Assembly: GCA_044376115.1 (NCBI GenBank)
Contig: JBILLK010000020.1
Span: 138,777-202,776, forward strand
Length of the DNA: 64,000 nt
Reading direction: 5' to 3'
DNA from: Polyangiaceae bacterium
GTDB lineage: Bacteria > Myxococcota_A > Polyangia > Polyangiales > Polyangiaceae
The notes under the pieces were generated by a model that was given only the letters and a program-made list of their open reading frames with translations, was not told where the DNA came from and did no database searches. Made by a program: the position numbers and the translations under genes. Shown here piece by piece: positions 62,896 to 64,000 of the stretch (within the stretch, counting starts at the first letter, position 1; every line of letters begins with the position of its first letter).

Positions 62896-64000
62896 ATGGT
62901 CAAGGTTGAGTGCTCGGGTTGCGGCGCGCCATACCAGCTGGATGAGCGTCGGATTCCTCCGGCCGGTCTAAAAATGCGATGTCCCAAGTGCGGGACAAGT
63001 CTCAATGTGACGCGCCCCGGAGGAGCGGAAGCCGCGCCTGCGCCTGCGCCACGGCCTGCACCTGCGCCTGCACCGCAAGCGGCTGCAGCCCCCGCAGACT
63101 GGTCGGGGGTGGATCTTCCAGCCCCAGCCGCGCCCAAAGCCGGAGGTGGCTTCGGCTTCGGCGAGATCGATCTCTCGGTCGATGGCGATGGTGACTCTGG
63201 CTCGGATGACGGTGGGGTCGGCCTGCCTGTCGTGTCTGGAGGAATCCCGGCCGCATTCGGGGGAATCGATTTGCCGGCGCCGCGAGCCGCGCGAGCCGCT
63301 CCGCAGCCCGCCGCTGAACCGAGTTTCGGGGGACTTGGAGATTTCGGCACGCTTGACCTCGGCACTGAAGATGACGGCGCTGCAGATTCTGCGGGCGGCG
63401 TGGATCTCCCTGCCACGCGAGGCCAGGTCCAGGACGATTTTGGTGGGGTGGACCTCCCTGCCGTTCGTGGCGGGCAAACCGGAATGCCGGCCGCTCTGGG
63501 TGGAAGGCCCGGCGGGCTGAGCGGGGTTCCGGCGGGTGCGGCCGGGCTCCCAATGCCGCGCCCAGCTCAACCTAGCGCCGGCTTACCAATGCCTGGCGCT
63601 CAGAACGCCGGCTTGCCGATGATCGCGCAAGGTCGGCCTGCTCCCCCCGCGCTTTCGCACACCCATCTGGGCGTCGGGATCGAATCCGAAAACACCGGCC
63701 TGCCGATGCCCGTCGGACAGGTAGGCGGGCTGCCGATGACCCCCAACCGGCTTGGTGGACTACCAATGCCTGGTGCAGGCCTTCCGATGCCGGCTGGAGG
63801 CCAGAACGTCGGACTACCAGCGCTAGGCGGCCCCCCCCGCGGAGCTGGCCTCCCGGCCTCCATGCAAGGTGGCGCTGGCCTCCCGGCCTCCATGCAAGGT
63901 GGCGCTGGCCTCCCGGCCTCCATGCAAGGTGGCGCTGGCCTCCCGGCCTCCATGCAAGGTGGCGCTGGCCTCCCGGCCTCCATGCAAGGTGGCGCTGGCC
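62896..64000 (+). CDS. MJ0042-type zinc-ribbon protein with Gly/Pro-rich repeats (3' end outside window)
   Basis: Missing from the ORF track because there is no stop. ATG 62896 reads MVKVECSGCGAPYQLDERRIPPAGLKMRCPKCG; no in-frame stop seen to 64000. Confidence 0.9.
   Translation, partial: MVKVECSGCGAPYQLDERRIPPAGLKMRCPKCGTSLNVTRPGGAEAAPAPAPRPAPAPAPQAAAAPADWSGVDLPAPAAPKAGGGFGFGEIDLSVDGDGDSGSDDGGVGLPVVSGGIPAAFGGIDLPAPRAARAAPQPAAEPSFGGLGDFGTLDLGTEDDGAADSAGGVDLPATRGQVQDDFGGVDLPAVRGGQTGMPAALGGRPGGLSGVPAGAAGLPMPRPAQPSAGLPMPGAQNAGLPMIAQGRPAPPALSHTHLGVGIESENTGLPMPVGQVGGLPMTPNRLGGLPMPGAGLPMPAGGQNVGLPALGGPPRGAGLPASMQGGAGLPASMQGGAGLPASMQGGAGLPASMQGGAGLPASMQGGAG
63841..64000 (+). repeat. 30-bp coding tandem repeat (GAGLPASMQG), at least 5.3 copies
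   Basis: GGCGCTGGCCTCCCGGCCTCCATGCAAGGT identical at 63871, 63901, 63931, 63961 and partial at 63991; the copy at 63841 differs by one base. Confidence 0.97.

Noticed and set aside
62553..63983. Minus-strand ORFs including MEAGRPAPPC repeats
   Set aside because: Antisense of the zinc-ribbon gene, whose plus frame has a recognisable domain.
63841..64000. CRISPR array
   Set aside because: The 30-bp units are contiguous with no spacers, in frame within a CDS, and no cas genes are present.

Overview
GC-rich, densely coding bacterial DNA. The gene content (two Hanks-type Ser/Thr kinases, giant TPR and HEAT proteins, Cys-rich lipoproteins, PilT paralogs, an MJ0042-type zinc-ribbon protein) suggests a myxobacterium, probably Polyangiaceae-like; this is an inference. 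About 48 CDS are present, two truncated by the window ends (ftcD on the left, a zinc-ribbon/repeat protein on the right). I saw no tRNA, rRNA, CRISPR array, transposase or integrase. The best candidate for an undescribed system is a compact five-gene operon at 24929-29585 (-): cheX, cheY, a soluble MCP/CheZ-like chimera, a membrane-anchored CxC thioredoxin-like protein, and a CheA-like kinase with its own His-rich membrane sensor and PAS-like segment but no CheW domain. No cheW, cheR or cheB is in the window. Second is a HEAT-repeat/PilT fusion coupled to a second PilT, next to a TPR-kinase and with no pilus genes nearby. Also notable: a recurring -10-like hexamer about 6 nt upstream of SD-less start codons (probable leaderless transcription), a sigma54 promoter whose predicted start falls at the ATG of a Cys-rich repeat lipoprotein, a degenerate 5'-nucleotidase/tetraheme cytochrome fusion coupled to a kinase, and a 30-bp coding tandem repeat at the right edge. 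All product calls come from motif recognition by eye; no database searches were run.
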